DNA of 64,000 nucleotides, taken from positions 40,140-104,139 of the forward strand of contig JAERSH010000049.1 of assembly GCA_016845785.1 (NCBI GenBank), in the 5' to 3' direction. The position numbers and the translations under genes are program-made. Below the pieces are notes generated by a model. The model was given only the letters and a program-made list of their open reading frames with translations. It did not search any database and had not been told where the DNA came from. Origin of the DNA: Fidelibacterota bacterium (GTDB lineage Bacteria > Fidelibacterota > Marinisomatia > Marinisomatales > TCS55). Shown here piece after piece: positions 46,703 to 57,244 of the stretch; positions within the stretch are counted from its first letter, which is position 1; the number at the start of each line of letters is the position of its first letter.

Positions 46703-47191
46703 TTAGCGGATTGCTTCTTTATAATCGTTTAATATCTTTTCTGCATCTAAACGACTTTTTGAGTATGTAGAAAATGATGTGGCACCATCATTGTACATAG
46801 AAATAATATATACACCAACCCCACTTGTGGATTCGGTGGGCTGGGTCAAGTCAGGCGTAATAACCGTTCGCACACCCATGGAAGCCGACTCTCGGGTTAC
46901 AGCGGGCTGATTCACCGTAGGGTTATTGATTGTCTTTGCCGAATAGCTTTGGTCCTGCAGAACCACAAATGAATCAAAGCCTTTGGCCTGGGTTAGTTCG
47001 GCGCATCGATATAAAAGCATACGAGTTATCTGGTCTGCGGGCGTATGCTGATTGCCGTAAAAACGGACTTCATACATATTTTTACCCACAGATTTTTCTT
47101 CGTATCCTCCCATAGATCCCCGGGGACCATATGTAGACGCACATCCTATAAATATAATGAGGATGCCCAATTTTAGCATAAATACTTTCAT
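46703..47191 (-). CDS. Hypothetical lipoprotein
   Basis: 162 aa with lipobox (IFIGC). No catalytic motif recognised. Confidence 0.5.
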   Translation of the reverse strand: MKVFMLKLGILIIFIGCASTYGPRGSMGGYEEKSVGKNMYEVRFYGNQHTPADQITRMLLYRCAELTQAKGFDSFVVLQDQSYSAKTINNPTVNQPAVTRESASMGVRTVITPDLTQPTESTSGVGVYIISMYNDGATSFSTYSKSRLDAEKILNDYKEAIR

Positions 47192-47225
47192 AGGTCTAAA
47201 CTTACCACCAATCTAAGCAAGTGCC

Positions 47226-48710
47226 TCAATATTTCGCCGGGGCACCTTTTTTGGGTGTAGATTTTTTGATGAATTCCCGGATGTCTTCATTGGATAATCT
47301 CAGGTCTTCCTTCCGGAGATACATCATATGTCCGCTCCGGTACCCTTTAAAGCTGAGCCGGTCTTTCATTTTACCGCTGGGGTCCAGTCGCCACATGGTA
47401 TATTTTGCATCAAAGTATTTGGTGGCGCCATCATAATAACCAGATTGGATCATGGTGTGGAGGTAAGGATTCTGGGCCATTGCAAGCCGGAGATTTTCTC
47501 CAGTATTATTATTTGAGCTATCCCAAGGACGCACAGGACCAAACATATTATACTTCACGTCTGTTTTGAAATTAAGTACGTTCTTATAATAGTAATTTAT
47601 GGCTGGCGTAAATGAGTGGAGCCATGAAGTTAATTCCGAATTGAAGTCAGGCCGAGTGCCACCCTTTGTTTTATCAATTCCTTTATAGCGTGAATCCAGG
47701 CGACCTACGGTAAACCCCTCATCTCTAAGTAGTTCTTTCCAATAAAAAGAAGTGGGTACATCCAAGTTGTAAGATAAAATTGATTCTTTTGAAATGCCGG
47801 AATAGCGCGCCATTTGTGCTGCTGCTTCATCTCGCTCTTTTTCATCTACAAAACCGCCTTTGGCAATCACAGCCATCAGTTCATTCACAGCATAGTTTTC
47901 TGACTCTTCTAATACATCTAAAAGGTCTTTTCGCTGAAGATCGGCTGGCAGTTTTTTATGATACCATGCAGCGGCTGTAAAATAAGGGACACGCAAAGCG
48001 GCCCCTACCGGTCCGGCGCGGCGTCCACTACCCGAGTCGATACCCAGTTCGGTAGGTGACACCAATATGACACCGTTGAGGTACATCCACTGGCGGCCTT
48101 GAAGCGCCCCGGCCAATCCAGAAACACGAGTCGTACCATAGCTTTCGCCGATGAGATATTTGGGGGACTCCCAACGATTCACCCGCTGAATAAATGTGTT
48201 AATCCATTCTGCCAGATATTTGATATCCGCATTGACACCGAAGAATGTCTCTTTTTTTGCATCTTTATCTACGATGCGAGAATATCCAGTATTTACGGGA
48301 TTCACAAAAACAATATCAGCCACATCCAAAATAGAATAGGGGTTTTTCTTTACGCCATAGGGTTGAACGGGATATCCTTCATCATCCACATTTAAGATCA
48401 TGGGGCCCGTGTAGGCCAGATGCATCCACACGGAACCGGAGCCGGGACCACCATTGAATGATATCATAATGGGGCGCGTGTTTTGCTTTTTTACATCCGT
48501 CCGCTCATAATAGGTATAATGAACCGCAGCGATAGGATGACCTGCATCGTTCCAAACCGGCTGAGTACCTGTGGTCGCTTTGTATTCTACCTTTTTCCCT
48601 TTGATGGTGGTTTTGTGGTGGGTCACCACTGTGGTATCTGCAGGTAGAGATCGGCTTTGGGCCCATAGGCCGCCAGCGATCAGTACAAATATTAATGCTC
48701 TCAATTTCAT
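47226..48710 (-). CDS. Secreted S10-family serine carboxypeptidase
   Basis: 494 aa with a signal peptide, FNGGPGSGSVWMHL, and catalytic-Ser context IGESYGTTRV. Confidence 0.85.
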   Translation of the reverse strand: MKLRALIFVLIAGGLWAQSRSLPADTTVVTHHKTTIKGKKVEYKATTGTQPVWNDAGHPIAAVHYTYYERTDVKKQNTRPIMISFNGGPGSGSVWMHLAYTGPMILNVDDEGYPVQPYGVKKNPYSILDVADIVFVNPVNTGYSRIVDKDAKKETFFGVNADIKYLAEWINTFIQRVNRWESPKYLIGESYGTTRVSGLAGALQGRQWMYLNGVILVSPTELGIDSGSGRRAGPVGAALRVPYFTAAAWYHKKLPADLQRKDLLDVLEESENYAVNELMAVIAKGGFVDEKERDEAAAQMARYSGISKESILSYNLDVPTSFYWKELLRDEGFTVGRLDSRYKGIDKTKGGTRPDFNSELTSWLHSFTPAINYYYKNVLNFKTDVKYNMFGPVRPWDSSNNNTGENLRLAMAQNPYLHTMIQSGYYDGATKYFDAKYTMWRLDPSGKMKDRLSFKGYRSGHMMYLRKEDLRLSNEDIREFIKKSTPKKGAPAKY

Positions 48711-48719
48711 TTTTTACTC

Positions 48720-49643
48720 CTAAAAATTGTCTACGGTTCGATAGGCATCAATTACGGCCATTTCGCCGGATTTTCCCGGTTTTGAATTGCCGTGTTCCAT
48801 CCCCATGATGCCTTTAAATCCTTTTTCATGAACATGCTTAAACACATTCAAGTAATTGATTTCTCCTGTGGTGGGTTCTTTTCGTCCGGGATTATCGCCA
48901 ATCTGAAAATAGGCAATTTCCTTCCAAGCTTTATCTATGTTTGGAATCAGGTTCCCTTCGGATATTTGCTGATGATAAATATCAAATAGGATTTTGCAGG
49001 AGGGACTATCCACGGCGCGGCAGATTTCATAGGCTTGGGGAATTTCTCTCAAAAACTGGCCCGCATGGTTTGCCCACCAGTTCAGTGGCTCAAGAACCAT
49101 AACTAAACCGTGAGGCTCCAATACTTTACTGGCGCGACGAAGGGCTTCCACAACATTGGCCGTTTGGTAGGCCTCTTCTTTTCTTAAATCCACATAGCCG
49201 GGCACGACGGTCATCCACGTGGCATTCACCCGTTTTGCTACCTCTACTGAATCCTTGACGTTAGCTACAAATTCATCTTGAAGCGCCTTGTCTCCACTGG
49301 TGAGATTGGGTTCTCGCCAATAAATTTTATGGGCCACAAATACACCCATATCCATATCCAGCCGGGCCATTTTTTTGGCAATTTTCTTTTGCATATCCAC
49401 GGATCGCCCTTTCATGCCATTATCTTCCATAGAGCGAAACCCGTGGTCATACATAAACTGAAGTTGATCCAAAAGATCTTCTCCCGCATTATGTTTAAAC
49501 ATGCCAAAATGGGGTGCATAATTCAAATTGAATAGTTTTGCACGCATAGATTTTTCTGATTTAGAGCGTGCAAACAATCCGCTGGTAATGAATGGCGCTG
49601 ATGCTAGTACGGCACTTTTTTTAATAAAAGATCGTCTTTTCAT
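48720..49643 (-). CDS. TAT-exported xylose-isomerase-like TIM-barrel protein (sugar phosphate isomerase/epimerase family)
   Basis: 307 aa with twin-arginine signal MKRRSFIKKSAVLASAPF. TIM-barrel family pattern (VLEPLN, FDIYHQQISEGN, MEHG). Confidence 0.75.
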   Translation of the reverse strand: MKRRSFIKKSAVLASAPFITSGLFARSKSEKSMRAKLFNLNYAPHFGMFKHNAGEDLLDQLQFMYDHGFRSMEDNGMKGRSVDMQKKIAKKMARLDMDMGVFVAHKIYWREPNLTSGDKALQDEFVANVKDSVEVAKRVNATWMTVVPGYVDLRKEEAYQTANVVEALRRASKVLEPHGLVMVLEPLNWWANHAGQFLREIPQAYEICRAVDSPSCKILFDIYHQQISEGNLIPNIDKAWKEIAYFQIGDNPGRKEPTTGEINYLNVFKHVHEKGFKGIMGMEHGNSKPGKSGEMAVIDAYRTVDNF

Positions 49644-49646
49644 GGT

Positions 49647-50978
49647 TTACCTATAGGTTGTAACACCGGGGACTGGAATGGGATAGTTTCCATTTTTATC
49701 CGGAAGTACCGGTGCTGTGTCGTTGAAAGAATGAAGTTCCGGGACAAGGTTATGATCCATGGCCATGGCTTCATCCCATGTGATAACTTGTCCGGAATAG
49801 GTGGCCATCCGGCCGAGAATTGCTGTCATGGTGGCTTCGGCACCGCGGTTTGTATCGTTTAGTCGATGCTCACCGGCTTTAATGGCGGCAAAAAGTTCGT
49901 TGTGTTCCTGTTGATATGGATTGATATCGCCTTCGCCTTCATGTTCATAAACAGTTTTTCCCCGTTTGTTTTTCATGACGCCAAAGTGGCTGCTGTTTAC
50001 GGACACACTGCCGCGGGTGCCTTGAAAGACTTCTTCTACCCGATTCATACATCCGGGCTGATGGCGACATTGGCTGGCCACGACCTGCCCTTCCGGATAG
50101 GTGAATTCTACAAAGTGATGGTCAAATATTTGACCGTATTCATTTCCGGTTCTTACCTCTCGGCCGCCCATCCCTTGGGCCGAAGCCGGTGTGGCGCCGA
50201 CGAACCAATTGGCCACATCAATATTGTGGATGTGCTGTTCGACAATATGGTCACCACAGAGCCAGTTGAAATAATACCAATTCCGCATTTGGTATTCTAA
50301 TTCAGTTTGATTTGGTTGACGTTCTTTTAACCAAACACCACCACCATTCCAATAAACCTGCCCGGACACAATATCTCCGATTTTGCCTTTGTCAATTTTC
50401 TTTTTAACCGATTGATAACTCCGTTGATAGTGACGCTGAAGTCCCACCACCACATTTAATTTTTTTCGGGCGGCTTCTTTGCCTGCTGCGATGACTGTTT
50501 TGATACCGGCAACATCGGTAGCGACGGGTTTTTCCATGAATACATGTTTATTGTTCCGGATTGCATATTCAAAATGGAGAGGGCGAAAGCCGGGAGGTGT
50601 GGTGAGAATAACCACATCGGCCAAGTCAATGGCCTGTTTATAGGCATCGAATCCGATAAAGATTGTTTCTCTGTTTACATTGAGGCGGTCTTCCGATCCT
50701 TCAAATTTTTCAGTGAGATTTTTTAAGCATTCTTCGGCCCGATCCATAAACGCATCGGCCATGGCCACAAGCCTTACATCCGGATCTGCGTTTAATGCCT
50801 GAGCAATTGCACCCGTACCGCGACCGCCGCAACCCACCAAGGCCACTTTCACTTCTCCTTCAACTGACACCAATCGTTTTGAATTGGCGGGAAGCCGGCT
50901 TAACAATAATCCTGCCGCAGATATTTTTGCCGATTGTTCAAGAAATCCACGCCGATTTAATGGTTTTATTTTATTCAT
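49647..50978 (-). CDS. TAT-exported Gfo/Idh/MocA-family NAD(P)-dependent oxidoreductase
   Basis: 443 aa with twin-arginine signal NRRGFLEQSAKISAAGLL, Rossmann motif VALVGCGGRG, and the EKP motif (FMEKPVA). Confidence 0.85.
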   Translation of the reverse strand: MNKIKPLNRRGFLEQSAKISAAGLLLSRLPANSKRLVSVEGEVKVALVGCGGRGTGAIAQALNADPDVRLVAMADAFMDRAEECLKNLTEKFEGSEDRLNVNRETIFIGFDAYKQAIDLADVVILTTPPGFRPLHFEYAIRNNKHVFMEKPVATDVAGIKTVIAAGKEAARKKLNVVVGLQRHYQRSYQSVKKKIDKGKIGDIVSGQVYWNGGGVWLKERQPNQTELEYQMRNWYYFNWLCGDHIVEQHIHNIDVANWFVGATPASAQGMGGREVRTGNEYGQIFDHHFVEFTYPEGQVVASQCRHQPGCMNRVEEVFQGTRGSVSVNSSHFGVMKNKRGKTVYEHEGEGDINPYQQEHNELFAAIKAGEHRLNDTNRGAEATMTAILGRMATYSGQVITWDEAMAMDHNLVPELHSFNDTAPVLPDKNGNYPIPVPGVTTYR

Positions 50979-50981
50979 ATA

Positions 50982-51941
50982 TCAATATTCCTTCTTTGGT
51001 CGGACCCATAATTTGTGCAAACTGTCTTCATTCGGGTTTTCCATTGGTCGGACGATTCGAAACCCAACATGGGTTGCATCCGTATGCCACCATAAACTTT
51101 TGGGAATTTGAGGGTCTCGCTGTTTCCATTGGGGGATAGAACTTCCACGTGCTGCTGATCTTAGTCTGTCTTCACTGTCCTTAAAAGAGCCGCCGCGGAT
51201 CACCCTTGGATAAAGGGCTCGTTTCTTTTTCACCGGATTATGCACCCCCTTTTCCCGCCCAATATATGCCCCTGAGTCATAACTGTCCAATACCCATTCT
51301 GCCGCATTTCCATGCATATCATATAGGCCAAAAGGATTCGGTTTTTTCTTTTTGCTCGGATGCAGCTTCCCCTCACTGTTGCCCTTGTACCATCCGTAAT
51401 CATCTATTTTTCTCGCATTTCTGCCAAACGAATATGCCGTGGTCTCCCCGCCGCGACAAGCATATTCCCATTCTGCCTCGGATGGCAAGCGATAGTACCG
51501 TCCTGTTTTTGCCGTAAGCCACTTACAAAATTGTGATGCAGCATATTGAGTTACATTGATCATAGGCAGCCCCGGTTTGTTATAATTTACATAAGGGGGC
51601 GTTGCGCCGGATACACCATCTATATCCAATTCAATTTGTCCATTAGATTCGGTATTTATCACATCGTTGCGATTCAAAAAGAGTTCATAGACTTCCCAAC
51701 TGATTTCTACTTCGGCCATCCAAAAACCATCAACGATCACTTCATGAACCGGACCTTCGTCTTGAAGTCTTCCTTTTTCTCTTTTGGGGCTCCCCATTTG
51801 GAATGTTCCCCCTTTAATGGGAATCATTTTTATGGATAAATCTGAACCGGCTAGCGGCTCTGCGTAGGGTTCAAACTTATTGTCCTGTCCAAATCCTATC
51901 GCAGAGAAAATGAGCAAAACAATTAGAGTGATTGATCTCAT
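50982..51941 (-). CDS. Secreted formylglycine-generating-enzyme (FGE/SUMF1) fold protein
   Basis: 319 aa with a signal peptide. FGE-family blocks GGTFQMGSP, YRLPSEAEWEYACRGG, GLYDMHGNAAEWV, RGGSF. Confidence 0.85.
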   Translation of the reverse strand: MRSITLIVLLIFSAIGFGQDNKFEPYAEPLAGSDLSIKMIPIKGGTFQMGSPKREKGRLQDEGPVHEVIVDGFWMAEVEISWEVYELFLNRNDVINTESNGQIELDIDGVSGATPPYVNYNKPGLPMINVTQYAASQFCKWLTAKTGRYYRLPSEAEWEYACRGGETTAYSFGRNARKIDDYGWYKGNSEGKLHPSKKKKPNPFGLYDMHGNAAEWVLDSYDSGAYIGREKGVHNPVKKKRALYPRVIRGGSFKDSEDRLRSAARGSSIPQWKQRDPQIPKSLWWHTDATHVGFRIVRPMENPNEDSLHKLWVRPKKEY

Positions 51942-51944
51942 TTA

Positions 51945-52601
51945 TTAGACTGTGGTAGAAATTTCATCGAATGGTTTTTTGGTAATTTCAGGCACTTCAG
52001 CATCATCTGCCGGATAACCAACAGGAATCAAAAGATATGCCTTTTCATTGGCCGGTCGCTCTAAAATATCCCCTAAAAAATTCATGGGGCTTGGGGTATG
52101 GGTCAAGGTGGCCAAGCCTGCGTTGTGTAGCGCTGCCAATAAAAATCCCGATGCAATACCCACGGATTCCCCTACATAATAGTTTTTTCGATGGCTTCCA
52201 TCATCCTCCACATCATAAATCTGGCGAAATACCACAATAAGATAGGGCGCAATTTCTAAGAAGGGTTTACGCCAATCCGTGCCGAATTGGTTTAAGTCTT
52301 CCAACCATGCTTTCGTGGCACGGTGACCGTAAAATTCTTTTTCTTCAACTTCAGCTGCTTCACGAATTTTTGATTTTACCGCTGGGTCTTGCACAATAAC
52401 AAACTGCCAAGGCTGCTTGTTGGCGCCGGAGGGGGCTGTGGCGGCTGACTTGATGCAATTTTCTATGACCTCAATCGGAACATGCTTATCTGAAAATTCT
52501 CTTACAGTTCGCCGTGAGACGATCTCATTTAAGAACGATTCAGATTTGGCCAGCATTTCCTTTTCTGAAATTTTAGCAAAGTCTAGTTTTTTGAATCCCA
52601 T
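51945..52601 (-). CDS. Nitroreductase-superfamily flavoprotein (iodotyrosine-deiodinase-like subgroup)
   Basis: 218 aa. SRRTVREFSDKHVP and APSGANKQPWQFVIV are typical of FMN nitroreductases. The overall pattern resembles the IYD/BluB-related branch, judged by eye. Confidence 0.75.
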   Translation of the reverse strand: MGFKKLDFAKISEKEMLAKSESFLNEIVSRRTVREFSDKHVPIEVIENCIKSAATAPSGANKQPWQFVIVQDPAVKSKIREAAEVEEKEFYGHRATKAWLEDLNQFGTDWRKPFLEIAPYLIVVFRQIYDVEDDGSHRKNYYVGESVGIASGFLLAALHNAGLATLTHTPSPMNFLGDILERPANEKAYLLIPVGYPADDAEVPEITKKPFDEISTTV

Positions 52602-52628
52602 AGCAATTGCCTAAATTAACCTTTGATT

Positions 52629-53897
52629 ATGAAAACAGAATTTAATCTACTCAGCAAAATGAATCGGCGTATTGTTTCTCTGGTACTCATTTTTTCATTC
52701 TGCCTTTTTGGGTGTCCTAATGATGAAGTGAATGAAGCGGGCAAAGCGCCTCTCATCCTCATTTCTATGGATGGATTTCGGTGGGATTATTTTGACAAAA
52801 CGGATACGCCCAATTTTGATTTGCTCATATCGGGCGGTGTTAAAGCCAAGGCACTGACTCCTTCTTTCCCCAGCAAAACCTTTCCAAACCATATTACTAT
52901 TGTCACTGGGCGGTATCCGGAAAATCATGGCATTATTGCCAACCGGATGTACGACCCTGTTTTTGATGAAGATTTTTATATCGGCCAAGGTAGCGCCCCG
53001 GTCCTAGATGGGAAGTGGTATGAGGCAGAGCCCATTTGGGTAACAGTAGAAAAACAGGGGCAAACAGCCATGACCATGTTTTGGCCTGCATCTGAAGCGG
53101 AGATTATGGGTGTGCGTCCCACGGAATATTTTGTATATGATGGATCGATTACTCACAACAATCGCGTAGATCAAATATTGAAATGGCTGGAATATTCTCC
53201 TTCTAAACGGCCACAATTTATTTCCACGTATTTCAGCCATTTGGATGATGTTGGACACAGTCACGGCCCCGATTCGGATGAAGTTGTCACCGCCATTCAA
53301 AAAATGGATCGCGCTATAGGCCGGTTGATCAATGGGTTGAAATCACGAGATATGTTTGACAATACCAATATCCTTTTGGTGTCTGATCATGGCATGGCAT
53401 CTACTTCTTCTGACTCCATGATATTTTTAGATGATTATATCAATATGGACGATGTGCGGGTTGTAGATTGGACGCCGGTGGCTGCTATTCGTCCTAAAGT
53501 TGATGTGGATTCAATTTATACGAAATTGAAAAACGCCCATCCCAAAATGAGTATATATAAAAAAGGGGAGGCACCGGAACGACTTCATTACAGTAACCAT
53601 CGGCGAATTCAGCCCATTACCGCCGTTGCCCATGAACATTGGTCAATTACCACGCGTACACATTTTAATCAAGATGACAACGCCCGGCGATATGATGGGG
53701 CTACACACGGATATGACCCTATTTATCAATCCATGGGGGGCGTCTTTGTGGGGCGTGGTCCTGCTTTTAAACAGGGATTTAGCGGTCCCGGAATTACCAA
53801 TATTCACCTATATGAAATGATGTGCAAAATTCTTGAGCTTACACCTACCCTAAATGATGGCAATTTAGATTCTACACGGATTTTCCTTCAAAACTAA
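52629..53897 (+). CDS. Nucleotide pyrophosphatase/phosphodiesterase (NPP, alkaline-phosphatase superfamily) lipoprotein
   Basis: Metal/nucleophile contexts ISMDGFRWDY, SKTFPNHITIVTG, HLDDVGHSHG, VSDHGM, THGYD. Lipobox CLFGC. Possible starts are ATG 52629, ATG 52659 or TTG 52623. Confidence 0.85.
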   Translation: MKTEFNLLSKMNRRIVSLVLIFSFCLFGCPNDEVNEAGKAPLILISMDGFRWDYFDKTDTPNFDLLISGGVKAKALTPSFPSKTFPNHITIVTGRYPENHGIIANRMYDPVFDEDFYIGQGSAPVLDGKWYEAEPIWVTVEKQGQTAMTMFWPASEAEIMGVRPTEYFVYDGSITHNNRVDQILKWLEYSPSKRPQFISTYFSHLDDVGHSHGPDSDEVVTAIQKMDRAIGRLINGLKSRDMFDNTNILLVSDHGMASTSSDSMIFLDDYINMDDVRVVDWTPVAAIRPKVDVDSIYTKLKNAHPKMSIYKKGEAPERLHYSNHRRIQPITAVAHEHWSITTRTHFNQDDNARRYDGATHGYDPIYQSMGGVFVGRGPAFKQGFSGPGITNIHLYEMMCKILELTPTLNDGNLDSTRIFLQN

Positions 53898-53965
53898 TTT
53901 CACTTCCCACTTTCCTTTTCATTAACCTATACTTGCCGAACTTAAATCGTAGGTAAAAGGTTATT

Positions 53966-55843
53966 ATGGACGCAAAATTCATCTGGCTCACCACATTTGT
54001 TGGGCTCTATTGGGCCTATTGTCTCTATTGGGGATTTAAAGGTGCCAAATCAGCAAAAACATCTGCTGATTATTTTTTGGCAGGACGATCAATTGGTGTC
54101 TGGGTCTTTGTATTGGCCGCCACCGCCACCAGTTTCAGCGGCTGGACATTTGTGGGCCATCCTGGCAAAATATTTACAGATGGACTCCCCTATGCCTTTG
54201 CCTCGTTTTATGCCCTCACCATTCCACTCACCGGCGTCCTGTTTTTAAGACGACAATGGGTTTTGGGACGGGCATATAAATACATTACGCCTGGTGAAAT
54301 GTATAGCGACTATTATGGGGGAAATGCCATGCGTCTGCTCACCGTGCTCGTGGCCTTTTTATTTTCCGTCCCATATCTTGGTGTACAGCTCAAAGCATCT
54401 GGGAGTTTGTTTCATGTTCTCTCTGATGGAATTGTAAGTGTCAATGTAGGTATGGTCTCTCTAACCATCGTGGTTATGATTTATGTTGCTTCAGGTGGAT
54501 TAAAGTCAGTCGCTTATGTGGACTGTGCTCAAGCGATTCTGCTTGCAGTTGGGATTGGTCTTCTTGGTGGTATCACCATTCATTATGCCGGCGGGTGGGG
54601 TGGCTTTACTTCCGGATTAGCCAGCTTGGTGGGTGCAGATGTATCCAGTGGACAAAACCTAACACCCGATGGATATTCTATGAAGGTGGCCATCCCGGGC
54701 AGTATCCAAATGGTCTCTGCTGGATCTAAGGCATCGGGCGGTTCCTGGACCGGTATCATGTGCATGACTTACATGTTTGCCCTTATGGGTATTCAGTCTT
54801 CCCCCGCTTTTTCTATGTGGGCATTTTCCAACAAAACGCCTCAGGCGTTTCGCTGGCAACAAGTGGTGGCCTCGTCTTTGGTTGTGGGGGTTCTTCTATT
54901 CACTTTTACCATTTTCCAAGGAATGGGCGGACATGTGCTTGTGTCCAATGGCATCCTTGAAAATATCAACGATAAGAATCTTGTGCCCGAATTGATCAAT
55001 TTATTATCAGATGCAGCACCGTGGCTTTTGGGCTTGTTGGCCGTATGTGCTTTGGCAGCCATGCAAAGTACCGGCTCTGCATACATGTCAACATTTAGTG
55101 CCATGGTCACGCGAGACATTTATACAAAATATGTTTCACCGGATGCTTCTGATGAAACACAAAAGACGTATGGGCGTATTTTTGTGGTGGTGGTGGCTGG
55201 TGCAGCCCTAATTGTTGCAGCCAATGCAACCCAGGCTATTGTTATGTTGGGGGGGCTTGCGGTGGCGTACGGATTCCAAATGTTTCCCGCATTGATCGGC
55301 ATTTGTTATTATAAAAGATTTACAACAAAAGGTGTTGTGTCCGGCCTCGTTGTTGGGCTTGTTGCCGTCACCCTTACAGATAGAACATCTGATTGGTTTG
55401 GTGTCCCCTGGGGCGCCTATCCCCTCACCATACACAGTGCGGGGTGGGGAATCTTTTTTAACCTGCTTACTACTTTTTCAGTATCGTTTCTTTCAGGAGA
55501 ATCTGAATCGATGCGACTAGCAAAGGCCAAGCGACATGAATTTCTTCAATCCATTACCGGCATGACGGCGGAACGAAAAAAGAAAGTGAAGTTAGCTTGG
55601 GCATTAACACTGATTTGGTTTTTGGTTGGATTCGGCCCGTTTGCTACTATTGGAAATGATATATTTTCCGATCCAAACTCACCATCCCTCTGGGCCCCTT
55701 TTGGTCTTCCATCTCTATGGGTTTGGCAGTTGGTCTTCTTAGGATTCGGGATTTTTGTCATGTGGTTCTTGGCATTCCATATGGGATTGTCTGATCCCAT
55801 CGACCCTGAACAGGTTCAGGCCCAGCCTTCGGAAAACGATTAA
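53966..55843 (+). CDS. Sodium:solute symporter (SSS) family transporter
   Basis: 625 aa with about 13-15 TM helices. The N-terminal pattern (SADYFLAGRSIG) is typical of the SSS family. Confidence 0.85.
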   Translation: MDAKFIWLTTFVGLYWAYCLYWGFKGAKSAKTSADYFLAGRSIGVWVFVLAATATSFSGWTFVGHPGKIFTDGLPYAFASFYALTIPLTGVLFLRRQWVLGRAYKYITPGEMYSDYYGGNAMRLLTVLVAFLFSVPYLGVQLKASGSLFHVLSDGIVSVNVGMVSLTIVVMIYVASGGLKSVAYVDCAQAILLAVGIGLLGGITIHYAGGWGGFTSGLASLVGADVSSGQNLTPDGYSMKVAIPGSIQMVSAGSKASGGSWTGIMCMTYMFALMGIQSSPAFSMWAFSNKTPQAFRWQQVVASSLVVGVLLFTFTIFQGMGGHVLVSNGILENINDKNLVPELINLLSDAAPWLLGLLAVCALAAMQSTGSAYMSTFSAMVTRDIYTKYVSPDASDETQKTYGRIFVVVVAGAALIVAANATQAIVMLGGLAVAYGFQMFPALIGICYYKRFTTKGVVSGLVVGLVAVTLTDRTSDWFGVPWGAYPLTIHSAGWGIFFNLLTTFSVSFLSGESESMRLAKAKRHEFLQSITGMTAERKKKVKLAWALTLIWFLVGFGPFATIGNDIFSDPNSPSLWAPFGLPSLWVWQLVFLGFGIFVMWFLAFHMGLSDPIDPEQVQAQPSEND

Positions 55844-55867
55844 TCCAGTCATCGATACAAATCTGAA

Positions 55868-57244
55868 TTGAGACTTTTTGAAATATTTCTAATTTTGGTT
55901 TTGGGCTGGGGCCTTTTGCTTTTGTTTTATCCACCCAATAAACGAAACCATATTCAATGGGTATTTGGTCTATCCCTTTTGGTTTGTATCATGCATTTGG
56001 CAATTGAGAAACCCCATTGGCAAATGTTGCCGGCTTATAGTTTCTTACTCTTATTTTTATATTATAGAAATAAATCTGTAACCAGTTTTACTAAAGTAGG
56101 ATTTGCCTTTATTTTAATGGTGTCGATCGCGCTGCCTACAGCCGTTCCCATTATCAACTTACCGACACCTACAGGCCCTGATACTATTGGATCCACCACC
56201 CATCACTGGATAGATCAAAGTCGGATGGAGTGGTTCACTGATGAAAATCGAAATGACCGCAGACAAATCATGGTTCAATTTTGGTATCCCGGGATATTAA
56301 ATGACAATGCAATACGTTCGCCTTATATCGATAATATTGACCTTCGGGCCAAGACCATGGCCGCCGCAGGTGGGTTCCCCAGTTTTCTGGTAAGACATAT
56401 TGATTTAACACAAACGAATAGCTATGAAAATCTGCAACCCAATCCAGCATCAGCCCCTTATCCCATTGTTCTTATTTCACACGGCATTACGGGTATGCGA
56501 CACCTCCACACATCGCTTGCAGAAAATTTGGCCAGCCACGGATATTTTGTTTTGTCTGTAGACCATAGCTATGACGCGAACTTAACCGTGTTTCCCGATG
56601 GAAGTATGGCTGATTATCGTTCCGATATTACGGGCCATCCCGATAGTATGTCGATTCGAGAAAAACAGATTTATACTCGCGCTGCAGATATTTCATTTAT
56701 CATTGATCAATTAGAAAAAATCCAATCGGGAAAAATTAAACACCCGCTGAACGGATATCTGGATTTAGATAAAATTGGGGTAACCGGTCATTCCTTTGGG
56801 GGCGGCACAAGCACACTGGCATCCTATGTGGACAATCGAATTAAAGCCACTGCTGTCATGGATAGTTGGATGAGTCCTGTACCGAAAGAAGTGATAAGAG
56901 CCGGGCTGTCCCAGCCCTATTTATATATGGGTCGCCCCAGTTGGCACGATTCTGATTATCCGGCAAATAATGAATATTTAACGCCATTTATTGAGCACAA
57001 CTCAGGACCAAGCTATTGGATAACGATTAAAAATTCCCTTCACATGGATTATGCAGACACGCCGCTATTTTCTCCATTTATTGGATATTTTCTTGATGTG
57101 GGACAAATCAATAACGATCGGGTGGTGTATTTGGTAAATCGCCTGAGTTTGGAATTTTTTGAATACTTTCTCAGAGGAATTACAAGTTCTATTCTCTCCG
57201 GTGCTGATTCTATTCCAGAATTTATTTTTAACCATCGATCATGA
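55868..57244 (+). CDS. Membrane-anchored alpha/beta hydrolase (PAF-acetylhydrolase/lipase-like)
   Basis: 458 aa with three N-terminal TM segments and nucleophile elbow [11 protein letters not shown], matching the GHSFGG motif of PAF-AH-type lipases. Confidence 0.7.
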   Translation: MRLFEIFLILVLGWGLLLLFYPPNKRNHIQWVFGLSLLVCIMHLAIEKPHWQMLPAYSFLLLFLYYRNKSVTSFTKVGFAFILMVSIALPTAVPIINLPTPTGPDTIGSTTHHWIDQSRMEWFTDENRNDRRQIMVQFWYPGILNDNAIRSPYIDNIDLRAKTMAAAGGFPSFLVRHIDLTQTNSYENLQPNPASAPYPIVLISHGITGMRHLHTSLAENLASHGYFVLSVDHSYDANLTVFPDGSMADYRSDITGHPDSMSIREKQIYTRAADISFIIDQLEKIQSGKIKHPLNGYLDLDKIGVTGHSFGGGTSTLASYVDNRIKATAVMDSWMSPVPKEVIRAGLSQPYLYMGRPSWHDSDYPANNEYLTPFIEHNSGPSYWITIKNSLHMDYADTPLFSPFIGYFLDVGQINNDRVVYLVNRLSLEFFEYFLRGITSSILSGADSIPEFIFNHRS

